This document shows positions 46,555 to 59,470 of a stretch of DNA of 64,000 nt, piece by piece. The translations under genes and the position numbers were made by a program. The notes under the pieces were generated by a model. The model saw nothing but the letters and a program-made list of their open reading frames with translations. It was not told where the DNA came from and ran no database searches. The stretch is from contig OZ296648.1 of assembly GCA_965655095.1 (NCBI GenBank), positions 22,506,001 through 22,570,000 of the forward strand. Direction: 5' to 3'. Every line of letters starts with the position of its first letter. The first letter of the stretch is position 1. The stretch comes from Haplodiscus bocki (taxonomy: Eukaryota).

Positions 46555-49500
46555 TGAAGCAGTTAGGTACATTTCTTATTGTCATTTTACCGAGACTTAC
46601 TGTACACACCGAACCAATTATCATACCGAAAGAAAATGACCGATGACAGATTACAAATACCATGCCTGAACGAGAAAAGGGTAGCTTGGAAAAAAATCTA
46701 CAGTTAGCGACAATGGTTAGAGCGATTTCAACAATATACGAAAACAAAATACCATACAGGTTTTTTGGACCTCTAATCCAAGAAGAAACCGAAAGAATAA
46801 AAGATACAACAAGATTTTCTTTGCGCATTGGGACCCGAAGGAAGCAACATACCAAATAGCACAATCTGAATACCGAACCGATCCGGACAAACATAAAATT
46901 GACAAACTAATCAAATTATACAAGAGATACTATTTACCGGAAAGGATCAAATAAAACTCACCAGGAGATTTTTTGGGCAAAACTAACAGATAGGGAAACA
47001 CCGAAAGAACACAGGGAGAAACCGATTAAACTAGAAAAAGAAATCAATTTTCGGGATTTAAGCACCGTGTTACTTACATCAAAATTGTTAACGTCAATCA
47101 CCAACAGAAAATTACGGGACTAAATTTTGAAAAAAAAGTAAGAAGTACCGAAAGTAGTCGAACAGATACAACAAAAAAACATATGACAGAAAGAATAAAA
47201 ACAATATTATACCAGAAGCACTATTATCGAAACCAGAAGATAAAATCAGAGAAGTACCTATACACAAAACAACGTGTACAGGAGAATACAGAACAAGACT
47301 CAACAAGAAACCGAAAGAACGAAACTGCAGATATTGCAAGGCACCAGATTGGCACCCTAGAAACCTAATCATAAATGTCTAGCTCGAGAATCAATATGCC
47401 ATAACTGCAGAAAGAAAGGTCACTTCGCGAAAGCTTGCAGATCCAAACACCGAAACCAACAGGATATTAAAAAAGTTACGGAACCTACTGATACCGAAAA
47501 AAACGCTACCGACAAGTCGATAACTATGATACCAGATATAAAACTCGTAACCGACCAAAAAACCACATTACCATGACAGTGAAAATTGAGTAAAAACTGA
47601 CATAACAGAAAAATCGTCCATTTTGGACACCGGATCAATGGTTACAATTTTTCCACCGGATACAGGATTAATAAAGGACACGAAATTTTCACCGATAGCA
47701 AGAAATATCAGGACATTAAAAAAACGAAGTGAAATTTGCCGGAAATAATACGGTAGAACGCGAGAGTAGAGGAATTAGAAAAAATTTGACAATGCTTATT
47801 AGCAAACGAGAAGACATAAACCCACTACTAGGTATGGATTGGTTACGAAAATTTAATTGAACGATGAGAAATATTGAAAGTACGACAACGACAACTGACC
47901 AGTCAGAAGAAAAACAAAGTAATCGCAACCGTTGAAAAGCTATCCAAGATGAACGGAAAAAATAAAGATACCGAGACGAAAATACAACTGAAGCCAGCAG
48001 GCCCACCGAGAAAACAGAAAACTGAACCCATACCAAACCATTTACAAAGTTATAAAGTTATGGGGAAAAACTAAACTAACTAATTCGATCCGGGAACGTA
48101 GAAAAAAAACAAAATGTAGAAGAAGACTGTTTCGTATCTCTGGTAGTAATAACGTGAAGAAAGATAAATCAATTGAAATTGCACTGGACTCAAGAACTGT
48201 AAACGACAGTTATATAAAAATGAGACGACATATTCCAAATATGGAAGACCTATTGGATCAAATATCGACAAAAAGAACGAGAGTACAAAACGAACCATTT
48301 CGGATATCGATGATAGATGTCGTGTACTCATGCGGTCAATAAAAAACTATCATAGGAAAGAAGTACGAAAATACAACTGTGCTTGATGGAAAAAATCATG
48401 AACGGATATTTTAGAATTAAAAAAGGATTTTACAGTCTATCTGACATACCGACAATGTTCCAAGAGAAAAATGACCAAACATTGAATTACTAGACACCCG
48501 TGTAGCTGGACGATATAATAATTGTAACAAGGGGGATGAGAAAAAACACCAGAGAAAGCTGTAGAAGACACTACAGAAACTTCAAGATGCCGAATACTGG
48601 GCAAGCGAGAAAAAATCCGAGTTTTTTCTCAAAGAAACAACTTGGCAGGTACATGAAATAAACAAACACGGAAAAAAAGTGAATAGAGAAAAGATTGCGT
48701 TCATTTTACAATCAAAACCACCGAAATGAAATAAAGATTTGAAAACATTCCTCGGTGCAAAAATTTTTTTGCAAAACTCATAGCCAAAGTTTCGGAAAGA
48801 ATTGACTGGATAAGACAGATATTAGGAAAAAAACGGAACGGTAATGGACCGAAAGAAAAAAAGAAGGCTTCAAGGGAATAAAGGAATTGATAACAGAAAT
48901 ACTATGCTCAGCCCATTTTACTAGAGATCGATACACTATAGTAGCAATCAATGCAAATAGAACCGGACCCGAAGTGAATCTACAGCAAAAACAAACCGAC
49001 AACTCAATCCGACCAAAAGCTTACTCCAGCAGATATTCGGACGACACCGATAAGATTTATTTATTGGAGAGTTGGAACTTTTAGCAGTGGTATGGGGATT
49101 AGAGAAAATTCTTTTCTATCTATACGGTAAATTAGTATACTTTTACACCGATCACCAAGCTTTAAAACCAGTAATCGAACCTAATCGAGCCTACCGACAA
49201 TACAGCGCACGACTAACGAGATGGCTAAACAGACTAGCACACTTCGATATTTCAATAACATACACGACAGGAAAAAAATCAAAACTTACGGACTAATTGA
49301 GCAGAAATCCAATAGAAGAATTGTTAACCGAGGAAAGGTACGACGAAGAATATGTTATCAAAATCCTCTCAGAATTTTTCAAATTAAATCACAAATATGG
49401 TCGACTTTTATAAACGGACAAAAAAATTCTAACGCCTAACCAATCACCGAGCATGGCTTCAACGACGAATGGAGAGCCAGCCAATGAAATAGCTTCCCTG

Positions 49501-51781
49501 AAGAAATTCCTTCCGGTCAATAAATCAAAAGATTTCACGCGCGACGAACACGAGCAATTACCATATTAAATAGTAGGATGTATAATGTCGTTGATAAAAT
49601 TAGGAAATTTGCGTTTAAAAGTTTGCAAAAGAAAAAGAAATTTACCTGCGAATACCACCACTGGGGAGCCAACAAAAAGATTATGGATAACATTACTAAA
49701 CTAGACAAAAGCCCCGAAACCCTTCGGTTAAAAGAATAACGACATGAAATAACAAAAGTCTGCAATCTTCGGTTGAAATTTGACCTTAACTTTAGAACAA
49801 AAGTGTGGGTACACAGGTGAAGAGAAAAAGCGAGGAAGAGATGGAGTGAATCTACCGAAAAAGTGTCGAGCACCGAAGAAAGATAAATTAGCACGCCCGG
49901 CAGCCAGTTTCTCTATCGTCATCGCTGAGAAACCAATTCAATATATACAAGTGAAGTACATGGCTGAAAAGTCGAAATTGGTTAACGCGGAAGCAGAGGA
50001 GAATTCTAACAAAGCCGAGTTTAATTTCTTGGTGGTTTTAGGAACGATAGTTCACAAAAATTTGGTTGATCCGAAAGTGCTACAGCTGAAAAATTGTCTA
50101 CACATTAATCAGAAAGAACGAGCCCCCGAATCTCTCTCTCCGGTTTTCACCAAACGGATTCGGTCTACTTTTTGCCAGAGACAAAATTGTAATACCCGAG
50201 GAGTTGAAGAAACAAGTGGTAGACGCACTGCATTTCGGACATCCCTGGTCGTCAAAAATGCTAGCTGAAAGTAATATAGTTTGGTGGGCCGGCGTGCGAA
50301 AAGACGTAGAGGAATAAGCAGTACACGCACAGCTTGCGTAGTCGCGGCAAGAACTTATAATATCAGTTACCGATGAGCAAATAACTCAGTCTACCGGTGT
50401 TGACCGAACAGGGACGAGAAATACAAGTCGATTTTTTTGGTAAATTACATTTAAAAAATGTAATCCGCGAACCGTTTTTATCGGAATTTATCGATATTTT
50501 AAATGGCCCGCAGTTCTGATATGCAAATCAATCAAAGCGAAAGAATACATCAATTTTCTAGAAGGTTTAATCAACCTGTACGGTGTCCAGGAGAAAATAA
50601 CAACGGATAGAGGAGCGCATTCATATCAAAGTTTATAGGGAATTTCGCAAGAACAGAAATAATGAAATAGCATACAGTCCACCGAGGCAAGACACAGCAA
50701 CGGGGGAAGTTGAACGGGCAATACAGGCGCTCCAGAAATTGATCATTGCCCACTTGAAACATAAGATCGGTTTCACCGAAAGGGCTGAAGAGCTCTGCGA
50801 GTAATGAGATTTGCTGTACATACCAGACTCGAAATGAGCCCATTTGAAATATACCCTTGCAGAAAACGGATATTCGAATTGACCAAGATAGTCAAAGATA
50901 TTGAAAGTTACCTGTCCGACTGGAAAACATTGAACTTTTCAATACCACCGAAACAAGTTGCAGTTTACGAAGCGCAAATTGAGAAAGGAGAACTAAAAGA
51001 TCACATCATAATGGCTAAGCAAAGAAAGATTGCTTGCTGTTCATCCCACAAATCACCAAAAGAACTCGGTAAGACCGATTATAGGAATCTTTCAATAACT
51101 CTATACCTTTTTAGGAAGGAGAAATCAGAAAAAATCGTTGGAAGGGAAGTATAGGCATTAACCGAAAATTGCAATCGGTGGTATCGAACACACAGTCCAT
51201 ACAATGGACAAAAAAATTTTACACTGGAACTTAATATCAAGGCTGCTGAATTTTCAGAGATGACCGAAGAAAGATGTGTCATCAAAAAAGCACACACTGA
51301 GAGGTCCTGGTGAAAAATGCATGAGTGTTTCGGAAAAAACAAAGAAAGCGGAAGAAGAAGGAACAATCTCTGCGTCCAAAAGAAAAGTTCGGACTGTAGA
51401 ATCCAATGAAGACAACAGCGACTTTGCATGCTACAAGAAATTCGACGTCAAACTGGTACACGTCGGCATCGACAAAGAAGTCACCGAAGGAAGACCGGCG
51501 CTGGCATTACTACCGAACAAATCGGAAGAAGATATGATTAATAACGTTGAGACAATGGGCGGGAACGGTAATTTTAGTGTACGCAAGTTTAACGGAACAT
51601 ATAAACCACCGGACTGATTGGGTCGTGTTCCATATTTTGTAAGTATTATTTAAAATTTGATATTGAAAGGACCGACCCCAGAAAGGCCATCAAAGCCCAG
51701 ATTGATGACAATGGAGGAGATAGATTCGGACGAAGACTACGATACGAAGCACGACCAGTGAAGAGATAGAAGGTAGGGGAT

Positions 51782-51991
51782 TGCCATACGGTGGACTCCT
51801 TCAATCCTGTTATGCAAGCGTACAGAAATAGGCGATACAGGAACTAAATTTAGAAACTTGTTTATTTACATTTTTGTAAGCAACAAAACGCTGTGAATTG
51901 ATAATTCATTATTAACGAAAAAATGTCATATTCAGGAATTAGAAAATAGAAACAAAACTGATTTTTTTGTGTTTTTATCCAGAATAGAACA
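51782..51991 (+). repeat. 3' LTR (210 bp)
   Basis: TGCCATACGGTGGACTCC...AATAGAACA, preceded by GAAGAGATAGAAGGTAGGGGA. Confidence 0.92.
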
Positions 51992-52126
51992 ATGTTTGTT
52001 TACGTGTGGCGGGGGGAGGGAGAAAAAAAACAAAAAGTTAAAACTTGCCAGTTTTTTTCACGTATCCGGCACTAACCCGATCCGTCATGAACATCTCGAA
52101 GCGCTTTGAGTAAATTGAGAGGTTAC

Positions 52127-52411
52127 TGGAATACATACAAATTTTAGAGAAGAAGTTACTGAAATATCAATGGACAAAATATAACTCTGTATACATTTCT
52201 TATATATGACTTTTGTAGATGTATATGATTTAGATATCAACTTAGAGTTGAAGTGTTATTCAAGTAGAGACTAGTTGTTCCTGTTGAGAAACTTTCGGAA
52301 AAATTACCGTACTCAAGGTAACATCAAATCAAAGCAAGTGTAGATCAAACCTTCTCATGGTATTAACTTCACAAGCTAAACTCCAAGAAACTTCGTTCTG
52401 AAGTTAAGACA
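52127..52411 (+). repeat. 5' LTR (285 bp)
   Basis: Shares GAAATATCAATGGACAAAAT and ATGATTTAGATATCAACTTAGAGTTGAAGT exactly with 59187-59470. Confidence 0.93.
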
Positions 52412-55400
52412 ATTTGGTTCGAGGACATTGAAAATCCATCCTCATCAAATTTCTCTGACTTTACTCTCCCAGTCTTCGTCTTTTCTTCTTTCGTTCACCT
52501 TTACTTTTACTTGCCTCTCTTCAATCTTCAGACGTTTTTTATTTTGAAAAATTCAAAAAAATTTGAAAAAATTTATGAAAAATTCAAAAAATTACTAAAT
52601 TTTCCTTCTCCAATTTTTGTTCAATTCTTTCGACTTCAAACTTCATAATCGTTTCGATACTAAATTTTCAGTCCCTTGGACTATAAACATCGACAGTCAT
52701 TTCCACTACAAAAGTGGCCATCTTTTCAAATTAACGTTCGCTGTCAGTCTTAGGAACAGAATCCCGCCTAGACCTTTAGCCTACTCCATTCTACTCCGTA
52801 TACTAACCCTTGTGCTCAGAATATTCTATTTGTGGGCCTGCGTTCATGTAAATACTTTTGTTTTGACTTATCTTACACATTTTTTTCACCATTTTTCTAA
52901 TATCGTCGACATAATTTCACCACTATCTCTGAAAGTTTTCATATTTTGTCTCTGAAATTAATCATTTTTCCTCTGAAGTTTCTAAAACCATTTCCTCTGC
53001 ACATCTTCATTACAGTTCATTCTGCATTCGCTGCAAATTTCTCATTCGCAATTTTCCTTGCTTTTTTTCTGATCATCAATATCTTCCTCTTTGAAAAACC
53101 CATTTTGACACACATCTACTATTGCGATGATCGTATGTTTTCCGTTGCAAAAATTTTCCAATTCCAGGTACTCCTTTACTTTGTGGCTCCCTACTTTTCC
53201 TTTTCCAATCCATAAGACTTTGAGTCATAACACGAAATTTGTTTTGCATAAGGTCTTCGGAATTTTTTTATGTTGCTGATCTATAGGGTGACTGTTTAAA
53301 GCTTAGTTATGTAATAAATGTCACCTATGCAAAATTCTCGACGTTTCTGAACTCCGTTTTGCCTCTTGAAGTTCTTTTGTCTTGTAAAACGTAAAAGTAA
53401 AGACTTGTGATCAGTATTGATCAGTTATTGTGCAGGAAGATTGATTGTTCAGAATTTCGCAATTTTTGTCCTAAGAGTATATTCCCTTTTTACCATTTCC
53501 ATCTTAACATTAAAAACTTTCGAGCTAAATATTTTTTTGTGTTCTGCTGGCATTATTTTGGTTGAACGCAAACGAACTTTTAATTCAATAGTGTTCTATA
53601 CCCTTAGCGTCCATTGGGTTTTCATTCTTGACTGTCGGCATTGTATATACACATACAAAACTCTGAAACATCTTCCACTTATATTTCTGCAACGAATTTT
53701 TTCTATATTTTAATTCATTAATTGTTGAAAATTTCTGTTCTCAAATACTTTTAATTCTTCTGAAACATTTATGAAATTAGGTTAGGTAGACAAAAAATTG
53801 TTGAATCAAACCCGAAAACTCCATCTGAATATGAAATTAGGAATAACAGCAACCGAACTGAAATTTTTACTGAATCTCCTCAAGCACAAATATCTGTGGA
53901 TCCAAACACGAATCAAATTGATCATACACAATGGAATCCACTGCAAACCCATGTTTCTTCTTACTCTGAAGTCTTCACCGAACGATCACAAAATCCATCT
54001 GTAGAACCTCAACAACAACTCTCTGAAGATTTCTGAAAATCATTGTTTAAACCTACAATATTAGAAGGGACTGGCAGCTGAAAATCTTTTACTACGGGAA
54101 CAAAGACTGTAACAAAATCAAATGTTACAACAATTGAATCAACCTGATACTGTAGTTCAATATGATAGTACTACTCCAGAAACTACTCAAATGATTCCTT
54201 GGACATCCAAAGTAGTACCGTCAAAACAAGTTGCTCAGTTTCAATTTTCATTTCCTACTCCAATCCTCTTTCTTGTTATAACTGAAGAACAAGTTTGAGT
54301 TTTTATTACGGATGCTACCAGTTTAACTGAAAATCTTATTTATACTTTAACAACGTCTCTACTTTTTGAGAAACACTGGAATGATAATTCGTCTGATTAG
54401 AGAACACGATTATTCTTATTTCTTTTTTACTCAAAATAAAAGTTGTGAAAAAAATTTGCTGTTGTTTTTTTCACAGCAGTTTTTAACTCAGTCAAAAACT
54501 GTACCACTGGAATCATCTCGAAGACAATTAAAGCAAAAGATATTTTGTTACCAGTTCAGCAAGTATTCGTACATTTTCTGAAAGAACTGCAAGAAACTAA
54601 TGAGTTTTTGGAACAACCTATAGTTGTTTCCTCTACACTTTATGAACTGCGTATTAAGCAACACTTTTTTGAAAATTTTCAAATGGATCAAGTCAAAAAA
54701 TCATAACAATCCACACCACTGTTTTTTTAAGAGACTTTACTTGAATAAATGCTTTTCAATCTACCTTCTTTCCGCAATTAACTGTTTTTGACACCGTAAC
54801 GATACCAAAAATTAAAAATTATTTTCTGTTTCTGGGAAAAAAGGTCCGTTTTAAATATCAGTGTATTTGGAAAATTTTAGAAAAAACTTGTTTTGAATGT
54901 TTTCAAGTCGTCTCTTTGAACAAAAGTCACTTCCATTTTTGATTATAAACGAAAATGTTCATTCAAATCGTCCTAATTTATTATTATTGAATATCGAAAG
55001 TTTTTCTCAATTGGACTTTCTCTCCAATAACATTACACGAGCAATCAAGGCGAACAGAGCAATTAATCATAAAACTGATGAAATGCGCCGAAATGGATCA
55101 TTGATCACTGAAAAGGTTATTTTTCCAAAAAAACACAGCAAAGATTAGTGCGGGTTTTCAATCTCAGACACAATCAACCTTTGTTAATAGCAATGCAAAT
55201 AAAAGCAATACTGAAACTACAGAAAGTCTACCTCCTACTGAAGATGCTCAATTCTCACATCCAACAAGTTCTACTCTAAAACCAGGTAATGATACTCCAC
55301 TGCAAGTTCCCACACAGATTTTTCCAAGCAGTTTTGATTTTCATGAAGATCCAAACATCTCTGAACATATTGGATCTCAATTAAATCCCTCTGGTGCAAC

Positions 55401-58400
55401 TTCTCATAAATTTCAAATCCAAAAACCTGCAACACTATCAATTTTCTAATTTATTAGAGCTCAGACGAATATACCAACGTAAAATCCATTCACTGATTAT
55501 ATAAAAAACAATTTCAAAGAAGTCCAATTGGAACAAATCAATCAAATAGATCTAATGATCATTCCTTCATGCTGAATAGAAAAAATTCAATTGTCCCACT
55601 TTGTCAATACCTAGTATGGCTCCGCTGAAAACTGCGGATACCTACTCATTGAGTAGTACCAACAAAAAGCCTTTTCATGGAAGTACCAATTGGTTGCCAC
55701 TGCAAACCCAACTCTAACGTCATAGCAACCACACACTACAACTGGTAAATGTCTTTCTGCAAGTTTACCTTCATCATTTTCTTTTCCCATTGAGAATCCA
55801 AAAAATCCTCCTGCTCTAATTGTCAAAACATAACCACAAATTTTTACTGTACCTTCTGTTGCACTGTTCAAATCTATAAAAATACTTGATGGACCCCACC
55901 ATCAATAGACTCCTGAAAAAAACTTACATCAAAATGGTTCACACATGCTTTTTACAATAGGAGAACAGCCTCTCGTTCTTGTAGCTCATAATCAATGGCA
56001 CAAAAATGACATATTTACAGTACTCCCTATCTGGAGTCGTTTTAAGCTGGTTTTTGGGACTTCCTGAAAGTTACAAAAACGATTGATCTGCTTTCGTATC
56101 TCCTTTGGAAAAAAAATTCCTCACAGAACTTTGCATAATACGCACAAGGTCAAGCACAAGATTTAACGCAAAAAATATTTAGGAATGTACGTCATTACGC
56201 TCTGAAACTTCAATAATTAGTTGAAAAAAACTGGTGTAATGAATCTGCCGCAACTATTAACTTCAAGTTTGATGAAATTTTCACTGGAAAAATAGTAAAA
56301 AAACTGAAGGACTTTGGTCATAAACAGCAAGTCAAAGATACATCCACTGTTATGGAACTTTCTATTTCATTTCATACTATGGTTAAATTTGTGGATGCTG
56401 AAGTTATTACGAAAGAAAAAAATCATAGTATTTATCTATCACTGAAAACAAATAATGTAACATCAAACCTGGTTTCTCAAAGTTTGTATTCTTAAACTGA
56501 TGGTTCAAATATTCAAGATATGCTCACACAAAAAACGATCCAAATGGCATAAGTGAACCTCGAATTCGGAGTTGCTGCAATTATTGTCATAAATCCAACG
56601 AACCTGTATCACACTGTTTTCGAAAACAACGAGAAGACGACGAAAGAAAACAGAATTCTCAAGCTCGATTGAAATCGCCTGTGATAACATTTAAGCAATA
56701 CTTTAAAGCTTATCGAAGCCAAATTCATCCAAATGAACAACCTACTTATTGTTACCGATGACCAAAATGACACTGATGCTGACTGATGCTGCAAGAATAA
56801 AAAAGTGATTAATGTTTTCACACAGACTGAATTTGATACCTCATCAGAAGCTGAAGTTTCTACGGAACGTATATTATTAACACCTCACGGATGTTTTACT
56901 AACCCTGCAAACTACTTGAAACGACCTTAAATTCAAAATAATTTCTTGAATTTTGATGCTGGTTTTGAATTTTTCGCTGTGAAAAACGAAACTTTGCATG
57001 TCAACTATGCACATACTGACTCTTTCCTCCTGCGCTGCGACTCTTCGACGTGCTGATCGTTCTGCAATTATGATAAAAATTATGCACAATCCACTTCAAT
57101 CTTATCCTTTGATACGACGTCTTCATTGGCTTTTTTCACTAAAAACCAAACCTGTGAAAAATTCTTTGGTTCATTATATTACCAATCTACATCGAAAAAT
57201 CAAAATGATCCCAAAACTAACCCTCTCAAATTTATTCCTCACAGAACTCTGGAATACTGAAACTTTTATGCACGAAACTGATATTTTAAACAAAAATTTT
57301 GATGATTTATGACCGAACACCCTGAATTATTTTTTTAGACATTTTCACTGATACTCTATGAAAACATTGTTCTGTAATTTGGAAGAGTTTGATTTTTCTG
57401 TCTGATAAAAATATGCACTGGCTCTGCACGGGCTTTAAAGTGGTTTTTCGCTGTCTAATTGGCTCACTGGCTTTTCACTGGCAAAATTCTTTGGATACTA
57501 GCTTCCTGGGTTTCTAGATTTCTGCATTTCTTGCTCTCTCGCTCTGGTTCTGCATTTCTGCATTGATTTCAATTCCTAAATCTTTGGCTCTACTGATGAC
57601 TGCAACTCATTATCCCGCTTCTGTGAACACTCCACAATGACAATGTCATAATACATTGGAAAAGATTTTACTGTGATTGCTGTTGTTTTGATGGATATTT
57701 TCTCCACCAGATCACCAATATACCCAAAATTTCTTGCCACATCTTACTGTTCATTGTGTCCCAAGTGAACCAAAGAATTGCGATTACAAACTGGCCCAAC
57801 TTCTGGTGCTTGAACTCTGTCACACCTTCTGCGTCAACCAAATTATTGCTCTGATGCAAGCACAATTTCGACTCATATTAGTATGAAAATTGGTTGATAC
57901 AATACAATTTTGGACTCTTTTTGAAAAAAACGTTGGAACTCATTAAAAACTCTTTTATAAACTTCGGACTTCGAGACTTCTTCTGTCTCAAATTATAGTA
58001 CCCAAAGCTATAGACTCAACAACTCCTTCATCCCGAATTATAACTTCTTTGTGTTATTATAATTAACTTGCTTTTGTCCTAATTTTGATTATTCAACTCA
58101 AAGTGCTACTTTTGTAACCACAATTGCCTTGTGAAACCCTCCTAGTTTTTTGCCTGATTCTTCTCTGCATCTTTCATTTTCATGTATGCGCAAAATTAAA
58201 TGGAGGAAAATGAATGCGAAAATAAATAATTTGTCTGAATCAAGAGTTTTCACGCTGAAATTTCTCTAAAGTACCCTCTGAAGTCCGACAAAAATACCAA
58301 ATTATGAACCAACTTCCTGAAGCTCTTTCGATTCCAAACACTAAATTTCCGTGACCCAGCTTCTGAGATTTTTTTGTCAAACTGGATTTCACGCAATTTT

Positions 58401-59186
58401 TTCACAATTTTTAGTTCAACTAGTCAATATTGATCTTTTTTGTTGTCATACCTGTTCAATTTTTTCGACTTTTTTTGGCAGCGAAAGCACAGTGTGGACA
58501 AAAAATCTTTGTCTTGACTAACGACCTCGAAGGAATCAGAAAATTTCCACTTTGAATGAGTGAAAAGTCTGAAGAACTGCTCTTTTTGAAAGGAATTCGA
58601 GAACTCAGACTAACCTGCTCGTTTGCTCCCTTTTTAACTTATAGGCTTGAACTAATTATCACGCTGACATGTTCATAACCCCCTACCTGCTTAATGACCA
58701 CCTCAGCAAGTTAAACTCTGTCATTCAAGTGAACTGGCATGTAATTATGTCATAGTACGTCTTCAAAGTAAATCGTCATGTTATTCGTCTAAGTTCATTC
58801 ATTTAAGTGAACAACGGATTAAAATGAGAATCTCATGTGTTGAAGCTCCCCAAACTAAAATTGAACTCTGAAACTTTCGACAGAAGTTGAAATGACCAGT
58901 AAAGTGAAATCAATAAGCACAGACCATTAATTTATGGTTTCTCGCTCCTAAATAAAGATCGAACCCTTAAGATTGAACTGTAGAAAGTAGTCGAATCTAC
59001 TGAAAAATCCTGAATAAAGGAAAAACTTTCAAAAAATGAACCTTCCTAGAATTGAAAAACTTCACTGAGAGCAAAAAAGTTTGACAAATTTATGGTGAAC
59101 CTCAAAACAGAAACCCCCCTGGACAGTGCTAATCTTTTTATGAACATGCTCTGAAATTAACGTTTTAATTCGAAGACCTTGTCGGA

Positions 59187-59470
59187 TGTAACACATTCAC
59201 ATTTTAGAAAAGAAGTTCTTGAAATATCAATGGACAAAATGTAGCTTTGTATACACTTCCTTTATTTGACTTTTGTAAATGTTTATGATTTAGATATCAA
59301 CTTAGAGTTGAAGTATTATTGAAGTGGTGAATAGTTGTTACTCTTGAGAAATTCCAGGAAGTTAGCGTATGCAAGATAATATCAAGTCAAAGCAAGTCTA
59401 GATCAAGGTCTTCTCGTAGTATTAACTTCACCAGCAAAACCCCAAAAAACGTCTTTTTGAACTTCATACC
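59187..59470 (+). repeat. 3' LTR (284 bp)
   Basis: Collinear direct repeat of 52127-52411; terminal CA mutated to CC; followed by TTAC. Confidence 0.93.

Larger units (their letters stand above)
46330..51991 (+). mobile_element. Full-length but decayed Ty3/Gypsy LTR retrotransposon (gag-PR-RT-RH-INT)
   Basis: Paired LTRs; PBS-like TGAAGCAGTTAGG at 46555; polypurine tract before 51782; gag knuckle CHNCRKKGHFAKAC (about 47397-47440); protease LDTGS (47623); RT IALDSR..PNMEDLLDQI, GFYSLSDIPTMFQ, LDDIII (48506); RNase H ELLAVVWGLE..LYGK..YTDHQAL..RLTRWL; integrase LHFGHP, IQVDF, TDRG, GEVERAIQ. Many stops and frameshifts. Confidence 0.96.
52127..59470 (+). mobile_element. 7.3-kb LTR retroelement with decayed gag and no recognisable pol (probably non-autonomous)
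   Basis: LTRs 52127-52411 and 59187-59470; TTAC TSD at 52123-26 and 59471-74; TGG-start PBS-like sequence at about 52415; gag capsid-like YLQYSLSGVVLSWF..LPESYKND and NVRHYALK (about 56010-56210); knuckle-like CNYCHKSN..SHCF (about 56575-56620). Confidence 0.88.

Noticed and set aside
46325-51996. Target-site duplication for the plus-strand Gypsy
   Set aside because: Flanks GTGTA and ATGTT match at only 3 of 5 positions; not claimed.
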